Assembly: GCA_008080735.1 (NCBI GenBank)
Contig: SHMW01000001.1
Location: 1 to 64,000 of the forward strand
Origin: Promethearchaeota archaeon
GTDB lineage: Archaea; Asgardarchaeota; Lokiarchaeia; Sigyniarchaeales; SOKP01
Reading direction: 5' to 3'
DNA: 64,000 nt
Every line of letters begins with the position of its first letter. Positions within the stretch are counted from its first letter, which is position 1. The translations under genes were made by a program, and so were the position numbers. This document shows, in pieces, positions 39,516-49,853 of the stretch. The notes under the pieces are model-generated. The model was not told the origin of the DNA. It made no database searches and saw nothing but the letters and a program-made list of their open reading frames with translations.

Positions 39516-42500
39516 TTAAAAAAAGTCTGATAATTTTTGTTGTTTTATACGGGGATTATTTGTGAGACTGCTGACATACTCCTCAATGAGTTCCATTCGT
39601 TGGCACGTGTACTCATCAAGATTAAAATCCTCGCATAATTTCAATGCGCGTGGGATATATTTTTCAATTCCTCCCCGATTTACCGTGAGGATGACATTTC
39701 CTCCGCATTTAGGGCACTTACCCATATTTGATAGGGGGGGTCTGCGGTACTTGGTATTGCATTTAACGCACCGAAATTCTTGAAGGGAAAATTTTCTGAG
39801 ATTTCCTAATATATCAGGATTGAAATGACTGGATAAAATCTTTTTTGCTACTGCTTTCGCCTCAACCGACTGGATAATCTTCGCTAGATGTAATTGCGCC
39901 TCGATTTTTTCGTCCATTGATTCGTGCAATTTATAGGCTGTTGTTGTTGGACCAGCATTGATATCATCAGTCGGAATATTATAGCCGATATGTTCATATT
40001 GACCTTCTGTACCCAAGCGATTCTTTACCAAATCCATAATCTCCTCTATTTCGTTTGGAGAAGCATAGCGCTCGGTAGCCTCATAAAATTCTAAGGGATA
40101 CTGAAATAAAGTATCTACGTTATGTGCTTCTGTATCTATCTCTTTCGGGTCTAAAAATGTACCAATAACCAGTGTTGCATCCATCCTACCACCGATCTTA
40201 CTGGGAAGATAGTGTCGGGAGAAGTTAAGCAAGGGATCTAAGAGGAGCATTATACCATCCTCGTCACCGTCACACTGATGGGTCACTATATTATCATTTA
40301 CTAATACTGAATGATAATTTTTAGCGTGTAATGAATATACAAATTCTTCTTTAGAGTGTATTTCTTCGATATCTTTTATCCTTAATAATGCATGTTTTTT
40401 GTAGGTATCTTCTGGTCTTGTTTTCATCGTTTTTATGATATATCTTAAGCCATCCGAATTCTTTTTTGACGTGAAACCAACTTTTTGCCGAAATTTAACG
40501 ACATTCGTTCCTTGGATTGATAATTCATACTCGGTATTGCTATCTCTTTTAGATCGGGATAGTGCGCTAAATATTCCAAATCTTAATAACATTAAATCCA
40601 AATCCTGAATGAGCTTCGAACTAAATGAAGAACACACTACTTTCTTATGATTCATATCAAGTCCCGCATCACTACTAAAATAAGCGGCTAAGAGATATTG
40701 TATTTTTTCTTTCGGTAGATTATAAAACACAGAAGGAATGCTTTTTCTTCTTGCTTTATTTTTAAATCCTAATATCTCTTTGAAAAAATAATACAGAATT
40801 CGATTTGAAATTGTAATTCTCTTTTTATTAATATTAGGACCAAAATCATTTCCAAATGAATGGGAGATCGAATTTAATATATCATTTCTAAGTTCATTTT
40901 CACTAAAAAAGAAACTGATTTTATACTTATCTTTGCTCTTTTGATAAAATCCTTTTGCGATATAATAACCGCAGATTTTCAAAAGCGATTCATCAACTCG
41001 GATATATCTATTTAATTGTATATCTTCTTGTTTGAATCCGAGGATACAATCTGGAACATCTTTCATTGAAAGATTATGAAGATTTAACAGGTTAATCAAA
41101 ACATCAAATGGAATTGAATCCCGTGAGCTATAATAAGTTTTTAATATTTTTTTACTTATTTTTAATTTTCTTGCCGTTTCTTTTAATCCCAATATTGAAA
41201 CTAATTCAGTAACAAAATCTTTTATCCCTATAATCATCAATTCTCTCCAAATCTTTTTAAATTTCTCATTCCTGAATTCATAGATTAGATCAATAAACTC
41301 CTTATCTATTACTTGGAAATCCATTCTTGGAAGTAAAAATTTGTCGGTTTTTTTAACTTCAAAAGCCTTCTTCTCAATAAGCTCTCCTTTAGAGTATACT
41401 ATAACTGGATGGTTTAAGGTGGTTTGAAAACTGCGTCCGTTATATAATTTAAAATTTATGAGGTGATTAGAATTGGGAATTTTTAAGACGTTTTTGATAT
41501 TGGTTTTTTTTATTTGGTTTGATTTAGTATCAAATGAATATACTTGAATATTTTCTATTGCCTTTTTTTTAACGTAAACCATTTTATCAAAATACTCTTC
41601 AAAGAAATGGTTTTCGTAAAGTTCTTTTAAAGTAATCTTTTTTACTCTTTGATTAATATCAACAAGAATGGTGGTATTGCCCGGAAAGCAATTTCTCCGC
41701 TTCGAAGCATGCCAGAATGGATGAGCGTAGATAGATCGAGCGGGACTAAATCCTAGCACTCGTCCTATAATTCCGGCACTGGTATGCGGCGCTAATCCTA
41801 CAACCAAATGCCCGATAAGATCGGATTTCGAATCCACATGATAATAGCGTGGCATTTGATAAAAGAGGTCTAATTCGTCATCCAAAAAATTGGCAACTTT
41901 TACCAGATACTCGGCGCAATCATCCGATAATATTACATCTTGAACTTTTATTTCTATAATTTGATCCCGAGAGTGAAGTGGTGCTCCTTTATAGTCGTAG
42001 TTATATCCTAATTCTCTTAATTGTTTGAGGGTTATTCCGATCTCACTCGGTTTAAAATGAGTAAGAGGAATATCTGTGGCGTCATATCGGATCTCCGCAG
42101 TTTTATAAACAAGTACGCCATTCTCTGCCCTAAGGATACCCTTTTCTATGGGTTCTGGCACCTTATATCGGTTTGTAAGCCCAAAAATACCCTTCATCTT
42201 GTCCGGAAGCGCAAGATTTAGGGATTTCACGATTTTTCTGAGGTGTTTGTCGATATTGAAAAGTGCCTCTTCTGAATAATCTAATCGACTTTGACATTGA
42301 GGACATTCTTCATAGCTCGTATCGAATAATTTACGACATTTGGTGCATATTTTTTGTAATTGGGTATGTGTACCGCAATTTGAACATTTATTAAAAATGG
42401 TGACTTTACCACAGTTCAGACATTTTTTTCTGCATACATCAATTTTCACTTTGCGGAGTTCTACAGCTTTTTCCACGAGCCGAGAGTTGCCCACTTCATC

Positions 42501-44372
42501 GCTCAAAGGAAAAAGTGTATGAATTCCTTTCATACTTTTTCGTTCAGATTTCTCAGGTCGCCCCATACGCGAGCCCATGTAATAGGGGGCTTTGTTTTTT
42601 ATTTTAATTGAACTTTGCTTGTAAAAATAAGAAAAAACCGTAATATCTTCATCGGTTTCAATGATATTTTGACTTTTTAAATTAAAGATTTCAATATACA
42701 CCGAATCCATTGCCTTACTGAAATAGATCGAATCTCCTTTTACTTTATGAATTATTAAAGCTTTTTCTAAGATGCCTTTAATCTCTTGTTCATTTTTCAA
42801 TTCTATCGACTTATCGGACTTTGAATATGCCATTAAAAATGCTTTATGCAGGAGTTTTAACTCATCTAATTTAAGATTCCCCCAAAAATCTGTATAAGTT
42901 GGATGCAAGGGAATGTTAAAATCCATTGAAATCTTGAGAGCGTGTTCTGCCATAGGGATATTGGAAAATGGATTATTTACAAGCTTCTCCAATTCAGGAC
43001 TTTCAATCTTTCGTTCCTCCAATACCTTTTTGAGATCAAGAACCCACCATTCTTCCACATAACCAGAAGGGAGTAGTTTATGATTATTTTCGGCGAATTC
43101 TCCATATCCAAACAATATGTCTCCGAGAAAAAGGATTTTTTCAATTTTTGGGAACAATTTCTTGGCCATCTGCATTGAGCTCACCCTGATTACGTCACCA
43201 TTTTTCAGTTTGACAATTGGGGGTTCTATACCAGAGACAGGACAAATACTAGTGCTTTTTCCCGGTCTCTCTATGCGTAGTTGAGTTCCGATTGCAACAA
43301 AATTATCCAATAGAACCATCGTCGCGGGATGAAATCCTCCCGCGGCTAGTCCGGTATTCCTTGATCGTCCATATCGTATTCTATGACCACCCACTTTTGA
43401 AGGATAGCTAAAAACAGGTCTTCCTGCAATAATATCAGCTACATATTTTGAATTGGGAGTTATTTTGTTGTTATTTTGGTTTTCTTCTTGAGTTTTTTCT
43501 TTTTTATCTTGATCAGAATTCTTTTGGGCCACTTTCTTTAACTCCTTTAACCATTCCCATCCTTCAAGATTCATTTTGTTCGCTATTTTGAGGAGCTTGG
43601 GAGCTTTAAGTAAAATGCCATCATTCAAGACCAAACATGCGCCTCCTCTGATGCTATTGGTCTCAACACGAGGTAGATCTCTAAATGCCGAAACTTCTTC
43701 ATTTTCCGTGGAATCTCCATTTATTTCTATAGGTAAATGATCAACAGCAAAACGAATCTCATTGTTAGAGGAGGGGTATTGTAAATGTACTCTTCGGTCG
43801 TATAACTTTACTTCTTCCACATATCTTCCAATTTCTCCATCTGTTGCCTTATACTTGGGAATACTTGATTTTCTTCTAACAAAATCTGCGATAAGCACAC
43901 ATAATCCCGCAGTCGTCCCTCCAGCAGCACGTATAGGTCCCGCAAAGTATAAGGAAAGATATTTTTTTCCCTCATGATCGGTCCGTATCGAAATCTTTGA
44001 AATCCCTTCTAGAGGTGCACTGACGACACCCATAGTTTTAATTGCGAGCCCCACTCTGATTGCTCTATCAACACGATCATTTAAATCCTCAATATTTCCA
44101 ATTTTCTTATCTAAAATATCAGATACCACTTTAAATACAATCTCATCATCAGTTTTTCCTTTTTCTTTTAAAGTTCTGATTATGTTCGCTACTCCTTTCG
44201 GTCCAACTAATTTCTCAACTCTTCCAGCTAAATCTTTTGCTTGGGGAGATTCAATATATTTTTCTGGATCCATTCCTAGCTCCCGAGCTTGACTTGCGAT
44301 ACGATAACAATTATCCACTTCCTTTTGGATCTCTTCCATATATCGATCCATTTCCTCGCTCATTTCAACCAT
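39516..44372 (-). CDS. polC: DNA polymerase D large subunit (DP2) with intein
   Basis: YFAGPIRAAGGT, RIRYGRSRNTG, SRMGRPEK, KRRN|C...HQ|CDGDED. Confidence 0.96.
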   Translation of the reverse strand: MVEMSEEMDRYMEEIQKEVDNCYRIASQARELGMDPEKYIESPQAKDLAGRVEKLVGPKGVANIIRTLKEKGKTDDEIVFKVVSDILDKKIGNIEDLNDRVDRAIRVGLAIKTMGVVSAPLEGISKISIRTDHEGKKYLSLYFAGPIRAAGGTTAGLCVLIADFVRRKSSIPKYKATDGEIGRYVEEVKLYDRRVHLQYPSSNNEIRFAVDHLPIEINGDSTENEEVSAFRDLPRVETNSIRGGACLVLNDGILLKAPKLLKIANKMNLEGWEWLKELKKVAQKNSDQDKKEKTQEENQNNNKITPNSKYVADIIAGRPVFSYPSKVGGHRIRYGRSRNTGLAAGGFHPATMVLLDNFVAIGTQLRIERPGKSTSICPVSGIEPPIVKLKNGDVIRVSSMQMAKKLFPKIEKILFLGDILFGYGEFAENNHKLLPSGYVEEWWVLDLKKVLEERKIESPELEKLVNNPFSNIPMAEHALKISMDFNIPLHPTYTDFWGNLKLDELKLLHKAFLMAYSKSDKSIELKNEQEIKGILEKALIIHKVKGDSIYFSKAMDSVYIEIFNLKSQNIIETDEDITVFSYFYKQSSIKIKNKAPYYMGSRMGRPEKSERKSMKGIHTLFPLSDEVGNSRLVEKAVELRKVKIDVCRKKCLNCGKVTIFNKCSNCGTHTQLQKICTKCRKLFDTSYEECPQCQSRLDYSEEALFNIDKHLRKIVKSLNLALPDKMKGIFGLTNRYKVPEPIEKGILRAENGVLVYKTAEIRYDATDIPLTHFKPSEIGITLKQLRELGYNYDYKGAPLHSRDQIIEIKVQDVILSDDCAEYLVKVANFLDDELDLFYQMPRYYHVDSKSDLIGHLVVGLAPHTSAGIIGRVLGFSPARSIYAHPFWHASKRRNCFPGNTTILVDINQRVKKITLKELYENHFFEEYFDKMVYVKKKAIENIQVYSFDTKSNQIKKTNIKNVLKIPNSNHLINFKLYNGRSFQTTLNHPVIVYSKGELIEKKAFEVKKTDKFLLPRMDFQVIDKEFIDLIYEFRNEKFKKIWRELMIIGIKDFVTELVSILGLKETARKLKISKKILKTYYSSRDSIPFDVLINLLNLHNLSMKDVPDCILGFKQEDIQLNRYIRVDESLLKICGYYIAKGFYQKSKDKYKISFFFSENELRNDILNSISHSFGNDFGPNINKKRITISNRILYYFFKEILGFKNKARRKSIPSVFYNLPKEKIQYLLAAYFSSDAGLDMNHKKVVCSSFSSKLIQDLDLMLLRFGIFSALSRSKRDSNTEYELSIQGTNVVKFRQKVGFTSKKNSDGLRYIIKTMKTRPEDTYKKHALLRIKDIEEIHSKEEFVYSLHAKNYHSVLVNDNIVTHQCDGDEDGIMLLLDPLLNFSRHYLPSKIGGRMDATLVIGTFLDPKEIDTEAHNVDTLFQYPLEFYEATERYASPNEIEEIMDLVKNRLGTEGQYEHIGYNIPTDDINAGPTTTAYKLHESMDEKIEAQLHLAKIIQSVEAKAVAKKILSSHFNPDILGNLRKFSLQEFRCVKCNTKYRRPPLSNMGKCPKCGGNVILTVNRGGIEKYIPRALKLCEDFNLDEYTCQRMELIEEYVSSLTNNPRIKQQKLSDFF
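40275..41690 (-). mobile_element. Intein (472 aa, C-terminal His-Gln) in DP2 with degenerate LAGLIDADG
   Basis: CFPGNT...TTLNHP...IVTHQ|C. Motifs ICGYYIAKG and LLAAYFSSDAG. Confidence 0.92.
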
Positions 44373-44470
44373 TCGGAATAAACCTCTCTAAATTTTATGA
44401 AGATCATATGCTATACTTATATTATGTTATAAATCGAAATCATCATTAAACTCTAATTATTAATGGATTA

Positions 44471-44559
44471 TTTTTCTTTTAATATTGAAAGAGATAGCCG
44501 AAATGTTGATTTATTCTGAATAATATTAATCTTTCTCTCTCTCAATATTTAAAGAAAAA
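44471..44559. promoter_or_regulatory. 24-bp inverted repeat (22/24 match) between divergent DP2 and DP1
   Basis: TTTTTCTTTTAATATTGAAAGAGA (44471-44494) vs reverse complement of 44536-44559, TTTTTCTTTAAATATTGAGAGAGA. Confidence 0.55.
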
Positions 44560-44642
44560 GATATTTTTTCTTTAATAAGAAATAATAAAACTATGTCTTC
44601 AACATAGTAATTATTAATTATTAATACAAGGAAATTGAACTA

Positions 44643-46475
44643 ATGGAAAAATCATTGGAAAAGAAGAAAAAATTAGTCAAAAAATTAGTTAATGCTGGAA
44701 TTAATGCCACCCCATCCGTATTGGATTTAGTTATGACCATGCCAAATCCTTCAGAAAGTCTTGAATTTATAATTAAAGAAACAAGTTTTATTCCTACTTT
44801 TAAAAGTCATTTAACCTTGGAGATTATCAATAAAATTTCCAATGATGAAATCCAAAAGGCTCTGAAAAGGGCAATAAGAAAAAAAATAGTTAAACCTCCA
44901 AATGAAGAAGTTGAATCAATTGATAAGAGTTTAATTAATGTTTCAACAGAAATAACAGAGGATAAATCTGAAAAAATAACACAGGAAGAAATTAAAAATA
45001 CTCCATCCCGTAGACCCAAGGATTTACAACTAACACAGGTAAATTCTCCTTCTTCAAATATTAATACAAGTACCAAATCGTCAACCATTATTGTTCAAAA
45101 AGAACCATTTCAAGAAGACTCCGAATCCTCTACAAAAGTTAAAAATGATATCTCTACCAAAATTCAACAGATGAACCCCGGGAAATCGCAATTTAGATTT
45201 AACCCCATATCCAAGGAATATGATCCTAACTATAAAATAAAAATGGATCCAACGGGGAAGCTTTTTACTTCGGGAAAGTATGACGATTTTTATGATTTAA
45301 CTGTGGATAAGTATAACCAATTATATAAACTCATGCGAAAAAGACCGGAAACCCAATCAGCTATCAATATTGGAAATATTCTGAAATTTAATGAAAACAC
45401 AGAAATATCTACGATTGGACTAGTCAATGATTATAGACAGACTAAAAATGGCCATTACTTTTTCGTTTTAGAAGATCTAACTGGAGCTATTAATGTTTTA
45501 GTGAGAAAAGATTCTGAAATGTTTAGTACAGCGCAAAGAACGATTAATGATCAGATGCTTTTTGTTCAAGGAGAATATAGCCCTGGAAAAAAAGGGAAAA
45601 GTGGAATAATATTCGCATCCGCTATTTCAAAAATCGATGTACCAACCGGAATTAAACCTAATACTTCTCCAGATCCCCTATCAATTATGATGGTTTCAGA
45701 TACACACATTGGAAGCAGAGAATTCGAAGAAAAGTTATGGAAAAAGTTTACTGATTTTCTTAATGGACGGCTCGGAAATCAATCATACAGAGAAAGTGCT
45801 GGAAAAGTCAAATACATCATCATAAATGGAGATTTAATTGATGGAATCGGGGTATATCCGAATCAAGAGCAGGATCTGGTAATAGGAGACCTTTACAAAC
45901 AGTTTGAAAAAGCCGCAGAATTACTTTCTCAAATTCCAGATTATATCACAATATTCTATAGTAGCGGCAACCATGAACCTGTACGAAATGCTATTCCAAG
46001 ACCGGCAGTTCCTAAAAAGTATTGTCAAGAATTGGTAAATCTTGGTGTGAAAGTCGTTGGAAATCCTTGTCTAATTGAGACGCATAATGTAAATAGCCTA
46101 GTATTTCATGGAGATAGCTTGCTCGATCTGAACTTGCTTATTCCTGGTTTGGATAATAATAAGCCAGTTGACTCCATGAGAGAGTTATTAAAGTGTAGGC
46201 ATCTAGCTCCCGCATATGGTAATAAAACACAGATCGCTCCTACTGAAAAAGATTGGCTTGTTATTGATAAAATTCCCGAAATATTCCATTGCGGCCATTT
46301 GCATATTAATGGATTAGAAGGATATAGAAATGTTCAATTAGTAAATTCAGGATGTTTTCAAACTCAAACAGATTATATGAAAAGTTTTGGAATTAATCCT
46401 ACTCCGGGACAAGTCCCCCTTCTTGAGTTAGACACTCTTCATAGTCTTGAAGTAGACCTCAAGAAACTCACCTAG
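44643..46475 (+). CDS. polB: DNA polymerase D small subunit (DP1)
   Basis: OB fold (TKNGH, LEDLTG), SDTHIGS, GDLIDGIGVYP, GNHE, RHLAP.YG, GHLH. Confidence 0.95.
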   Translation: MEKSLEKKKKLVKKLVNAGINATPSVLDLVMTMPNPSESLEFIIKETSFIPTFKSHLTLEIINKISNDEIQKALKRAIRKKIVKPPNEEVESIDKSLINVSTEITEDKSEKITQEEIKNTPSRRPKDLQLTQVNSPSSNINTSTKSSTIIVQKEPFQEDSESSTKVKNDISTKIQQMNPGKSQFRFNPISKEYDPNYKIKMDPTGKLFTSGKYDDFYDLTVDKYNQLYKLMRKRPETQSAINIGNILKFNENTEISTIGLVNDYRQTKNGHYFFVLEDLTGAINVLVRKDSEMFSTAQRTINDQMLFVQGEYSPGKKGKSGIIFASAISKIDVPTGIKPNTSPDPLSIMMVSDTHIGSREFEEKLWKKFTDFLNGRLGNQSYRESAGKVKYIIINGDLIDGIGVYPNQEQDLVIGDLYKQFEKAAELLSQIPDYITIFYSSGNHEPVRNAIPRPAVPKKYCQELVNLGVKVVGNPCLIETHNVNSLVFHGDSLLDLNLLIPGLDNNKPVDSMRELLKCRHLAPAYGNKTQIAPTEKDWLVIDKIPEIFHCGHLHINGLEGYRNVQLVNSGCFQTQTDYMKSFGINPTPGQVPLLELDTLHSLEVDLKKLT

Positions 46476-46557
46476 GTATAGATTTAAATTCTTTATATGA
46501 TATTAGATTTTTAACAGAAGGCGCATTTATTAGAATTAATAACGATGTATAGGAAAA

Positions 46558-47244
46558 ATGAGATTATTTAGCCCGCCCAAAAAAGACCCTTCTGAATTGC
46601 TTCTTTATATCTGGAAAATTATTAATCTGGATAACGTTTCGGAACAAGACTTACTATATAACATCTCCTTTGAGTTATACTTAATGTCTCCCGACAAAAC
46701 CTATATATTCATTCAGAAATGTGTTGAAAAAAATCTTTTAATACGTAATAGTGATGAGACCTTATCTTTGAATGAAAATTTAGAAAAAAAATTGCAGAAT
46801 TGGCAAGAAAAGCGAAAAAACCAAATGAAAAAATGGGAAATGCAATCAAAAACACAAAAAAGTACTTTAAAACAATTAAAACAAGAGAAGAAATCAGATT
46901 TTAACGTCCTCTTAAAAGCGTTTTTAGATAAAGGAACACTAAACCGAGCGGTGACTGTTTCTGACAGTGCTTTTAATATCAATGTTTTAGATGAAGCATC
47001 AGGGGTCATTGAAGCAGAAGTCCAAGGATCTAAAGAACAGCCATATAAAATTACACTGAATACCAACAAGAAGAATTTAAATCATGATTGTGATGATTTT
47101 ATTAATAAACGCGCAAGAAACAAAAAATTCTGCAAACATCTAGCAAAATTATTCCTTCTTTTAAAAGAAAATAATGAAAGTCTTGCTTTAAAGCTACTAA
47201 ACAATTTAGCAAGTTCTATAAATGATTGGGAATTTTCCTCTTAA
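46558..47244 (+). CDS. SWIM zinc-finger protein
   Basis: AEVQGS..PY...HDCDDF......FCKHL. Confidence 0.8.
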   Translation: MRLFSPPKKDPSELLLYIWKIINLDNVSEQDLLYNISFELYLMSPDKTYIFIQKCVEKNLLIRNSDETLSLNENLEKKLQNWQEKRKNQMKKWEMQSKTQKSTLKQLKQEKKSDFNVLLKAFLDKGTLNRAVTVSDSAFNINVLDEASGVIEAEVQGSKEQPYKITLNTNKKNLNHDCDDFINKRARNKKFCKHLAKLFLLLKENNESLALKLLNNLASSINDWEFSS

Positions 47245-47256
47245 ATTTTGATACTT

Positions 47257-48570
47257 CTAACTTAATTTCCTAAATACATTATTTTTAATTCTGACTTTTT
47301 TATTTTGTATCAAGACTGGTTTATAATTGAGCAGAGTTTTAATTTTCGCAATATGAGATAAAGTTCCCTCTAACAGCTTCTTGTCTATATCAAGGTTTAT
47401 AACTTTTGTCCTGCCATAATAGCCCAAAGATTTTTTTGCCGCAGTAATAATACCTGCTAATGATAATTCATTAATATAATCGCTAATCCTTCTGCGAGTT
47501 AAGGATCTTACACCCGGCATTTTATTTGTAAGTTCATCATGAACTTCATAGATGTCACCAGAAACAATTACTCTGTCATTGCTAAATATGGTAATTAAAT
47601 AAATTGCCGTCAAAACCAATTGGGCTTGTAGGGGCATCCCTTTTATATAATCAATAATATGGTCTCTCTCTAATTCATGTTGCGCTTTATTTACATGTTC
47701 ACGGGTAATCATCTTGTTTTGAGTTCTTTCTGCTATTTCTCCTGCTTTTCGAAGCAATTGGAGAGCTTTTCGAGCATCACCATGTTCCTTTGCCGCTAAA
47801 GCAGCACATAAAGGAATCACTCCTTCTTTAAGGATATCATCGCAAAAAGCTATTTTTGCTCTTTCTTTTAGTATATCTCCGAGTTCCTTTGCGTTATATG
47901 TGCTGAAAGTTATATGCTCCTTTCCTAAACTAGAGATAACTCTGGGATCTAAAGAATCTTTAAACTTTAATTTGTTAGAAATACCTATGAGACAGGTTCT
48001 ACAACTATCCAGATTCTCATTTAATCGCGTTAAATCGTACAAAATCTCATTACCTCCGCGTTTGTCCGCGATTAAATCTATCTCGTCCAATACTAAAAAA
48101 CAAATGGAATTACTAATTTTATGATCCAGTAAACCAAGAAGTTTTTTGAAGATAACATCTTTTGGAAGACCAGTTGGGGGGATCTTCTCTTGACCAACTA
48201 TTGTGTTATAGATATGAGCAAGAATACGATATGGTGTAGATACGATGCTACAATTTATATATATCCACCATGGTTTACTTTTCTTTGTGAATTGAGCTAA
48301 TTTTTGGCTAATATATCTGATTGTTGCCGTCTTTCCTGTCCCTGTCATTCCATAACAGAGAAAATTTGGGGGTGTATCTCCTCGCAATGCACAAGCCGTC
48401 TTACTTGCTATTTCTTTGATTTCGGTATCTCTGTGAGGTAATTCATTTGGTATATAGGCGGGTTCTAAGGCATCACGCTTTTTAAATATTTTGGGGCCGT
48501 TCAGATAATTTTTATAAAATTGATCAATGTTAAAATTATGATATTTTCCGTTTTTCAACACTACTAACAC
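47257..48570 (-). CDS. cdc6: Orc1/Cdc6 replication initiator
   Basis: YIPNELPHR, YGMTGTGKT, VLDEID, LDPRVISSL, HGDARKAL, C-terminal wH GYYGRT. Confidence 0.95.
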   Translation of the reverse strand: MLVVLKNGKYHNFNIDQFYKNYLNGPKIFKKRDALEPAYIPNELPHRDTEIKEIASKTACALRGDTPPNFLCYGMTGTGKTATIRYISQKLAQFTKKSKPWWIYINCSIVSTPYRILAHIYNTIVGQEKIPPTGLPKDVIFKKLLGLLDHKISNSICFLVLDEIDLIADKRGGNEILYDLTRLNENLDSCRTCLIGISNKLKFKDSLDPRVISSLGKEHITFSTYNAKELGDILKERAKIAFCDDILKEGVIPLCAALAAKEHGDARKALQLLRKAGEIAERTQNKMITREHVNKAQHELERDHIIDYIKGMPLQAQLVLTAIYLITIFSNDRVIVSGDIYEVHDELTNKMPGVRSLTRRRISDYINELSLAGIITAAKKSLGYYGRTKVINLDIDKKLLEGTLSHIAKIKTLLNYKPVLIQNKKVRIKNNVFRKLS

Positions 48571-48584
48571 CTTATTTAATGCTA

Positions 48585-48616
48585 ATTTGCACTGGAAGTA
48601 CCAACATTTCCACTAC
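48585..48616 (-). promoter_or_regulatory. Two mini-ORB-like motifs just upstream of cdc6
   Basis: Minus strand GTAGTGGAAAT-gttggtac-TTCCAGTGCAAAT vs ORB core TTCCAGTGGAAA. BRE/TATA GAAACTTTATATAG at ~48646-48660. Confidence 0.5.
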
Positions 48617-48868
48617 ATTTTACTATATTATATGGTTTTTTGAAAACTATATAAAGTTTCTTATTAACGCTTAATTTACTTCGAAAATGTTAATGTTTTA
48701 ATAAAACGCTAACTAGAATTGCTCTCATCTGTAAGTATAATTATTTATGTCGCTCTATTAAAAAACTTTTGTTAGCGCAAAAATAGGATTTAATATAACA
48801 TTAATAAGAAATCAAAAGAACAGCCCTAAAGGTTTTTGTCGATAAAAAACAAATCATAAACTCACAAT

Positions 48869-49453
48869 TTAAAAAATGAAAGAGATATCATATCCCTCTC
48901 TATTTTCTAATTCCTCCAGAAACACATCTAAGGGATACTCAGTTTCTATCATTTTTTTTGCAAACCTACGCATATGGTAATTTATCAAAGAATGTTTTTC
49001 CTTAAGGAGCTCTTTTTTCTCCTCTTCACTCATGTTTTCATATTCAATATAATTTTCAGTCCAGCTCTTTAGAGCATTAAATTTATATCTAAACTCATTA
49101 CGTTTATTATACAATTCTCGATATAATAAAAAAAGATCCGCATGGCTAAAAGTCCGGAGTCGTTTTTCTGCTTGTTCATATTCCTCTTTTACATCTATAA
49201 ATATATTATTCCAAACCACGATATAAATTTCCGCATCCCATGAGCCTTTTTTTCTACTTTTCTTATGACTACAATAAACCGTTTCTTTTAAAATACCTGT
49301 TACTACATATTTAGGTAAAATATCCCCCACGTTATAATGATTCAATATATTTTCAAACATTTTCGTTTGCGTGCTTGTAATCTCTGTTCCACATTCTTTA
49401 CATTTAATCGGATTCGGAAACTCAATAGTGTCAAATAATCCCATATTATTCAC
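48869..49453 (-). CDS. Hypothetical protein with N-terminal Zn-binding motif
   Basis: MGLFDTI...CKECG...QTK...Y.VGD. Confidence 0.7.
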   Translation of the reverse strand: MNNMGLFDTIEFPNPIKCKECGTEITSTQTKMFENILNHYNVGDILPKYVVTGILKETVYCSHKKSRKKGSWDAEIYIVVWNNIFIDVKEEYEQAEKRLRTFSHADLFLLYRELYNKRNEFRYKFNALKSWTENYIEYENMSEEEKKELLKEKHSLINYHMRRFAKKMIETEYPLDVFLEELENREGYDISFIF

Positions 49454-49556
49454 TTCATAAATCTAGGTTTAACTTAATTTTTATTTTAAATTTAAAAAGA
49501 GAACTCAAAAAGAATTAATGAATCTACCAAAAACATCTATCAAATATAGGAAACAA

Positions 49557-49748
49557 TTAGTGTAGTACCTTTAATTTTCTTTTTAATTTGGAGAACTTCA
49601 ATTCATATTCAGGACATTGTTTATAATTTGGAAATTTGCAAATTTCACATTTTTGAGGTAAAATACAACTCTCACTAAAAGGACAAAACAAAATATTAAA
49701 TTCCTTATTCTCCTTCACTTGATTAAGGGATATAACGCTCACCTTCAT
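49557..49748 (-). CDS. Small Cys-rich protein
   Basis: CPFSESC...CEIC....YKQCPEY. Confidence 0.6.
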   Translation of the reverse strand: MKVSVISLNQVKENKEFNILFCPFSESCILPQKCEICKFPNYKQCPEYELKFSKLKRKLKVLH

Positions 49749-49853
49749 ATTTTTGTTAAAGAGAGAAATTCTTCTCTAATATAAAATCAAGGAGAGGGTG
49801 AAAATTTTCTAATTTATTTTTATGAATTTTAGAACTCTTCCTATGGAAATTTT

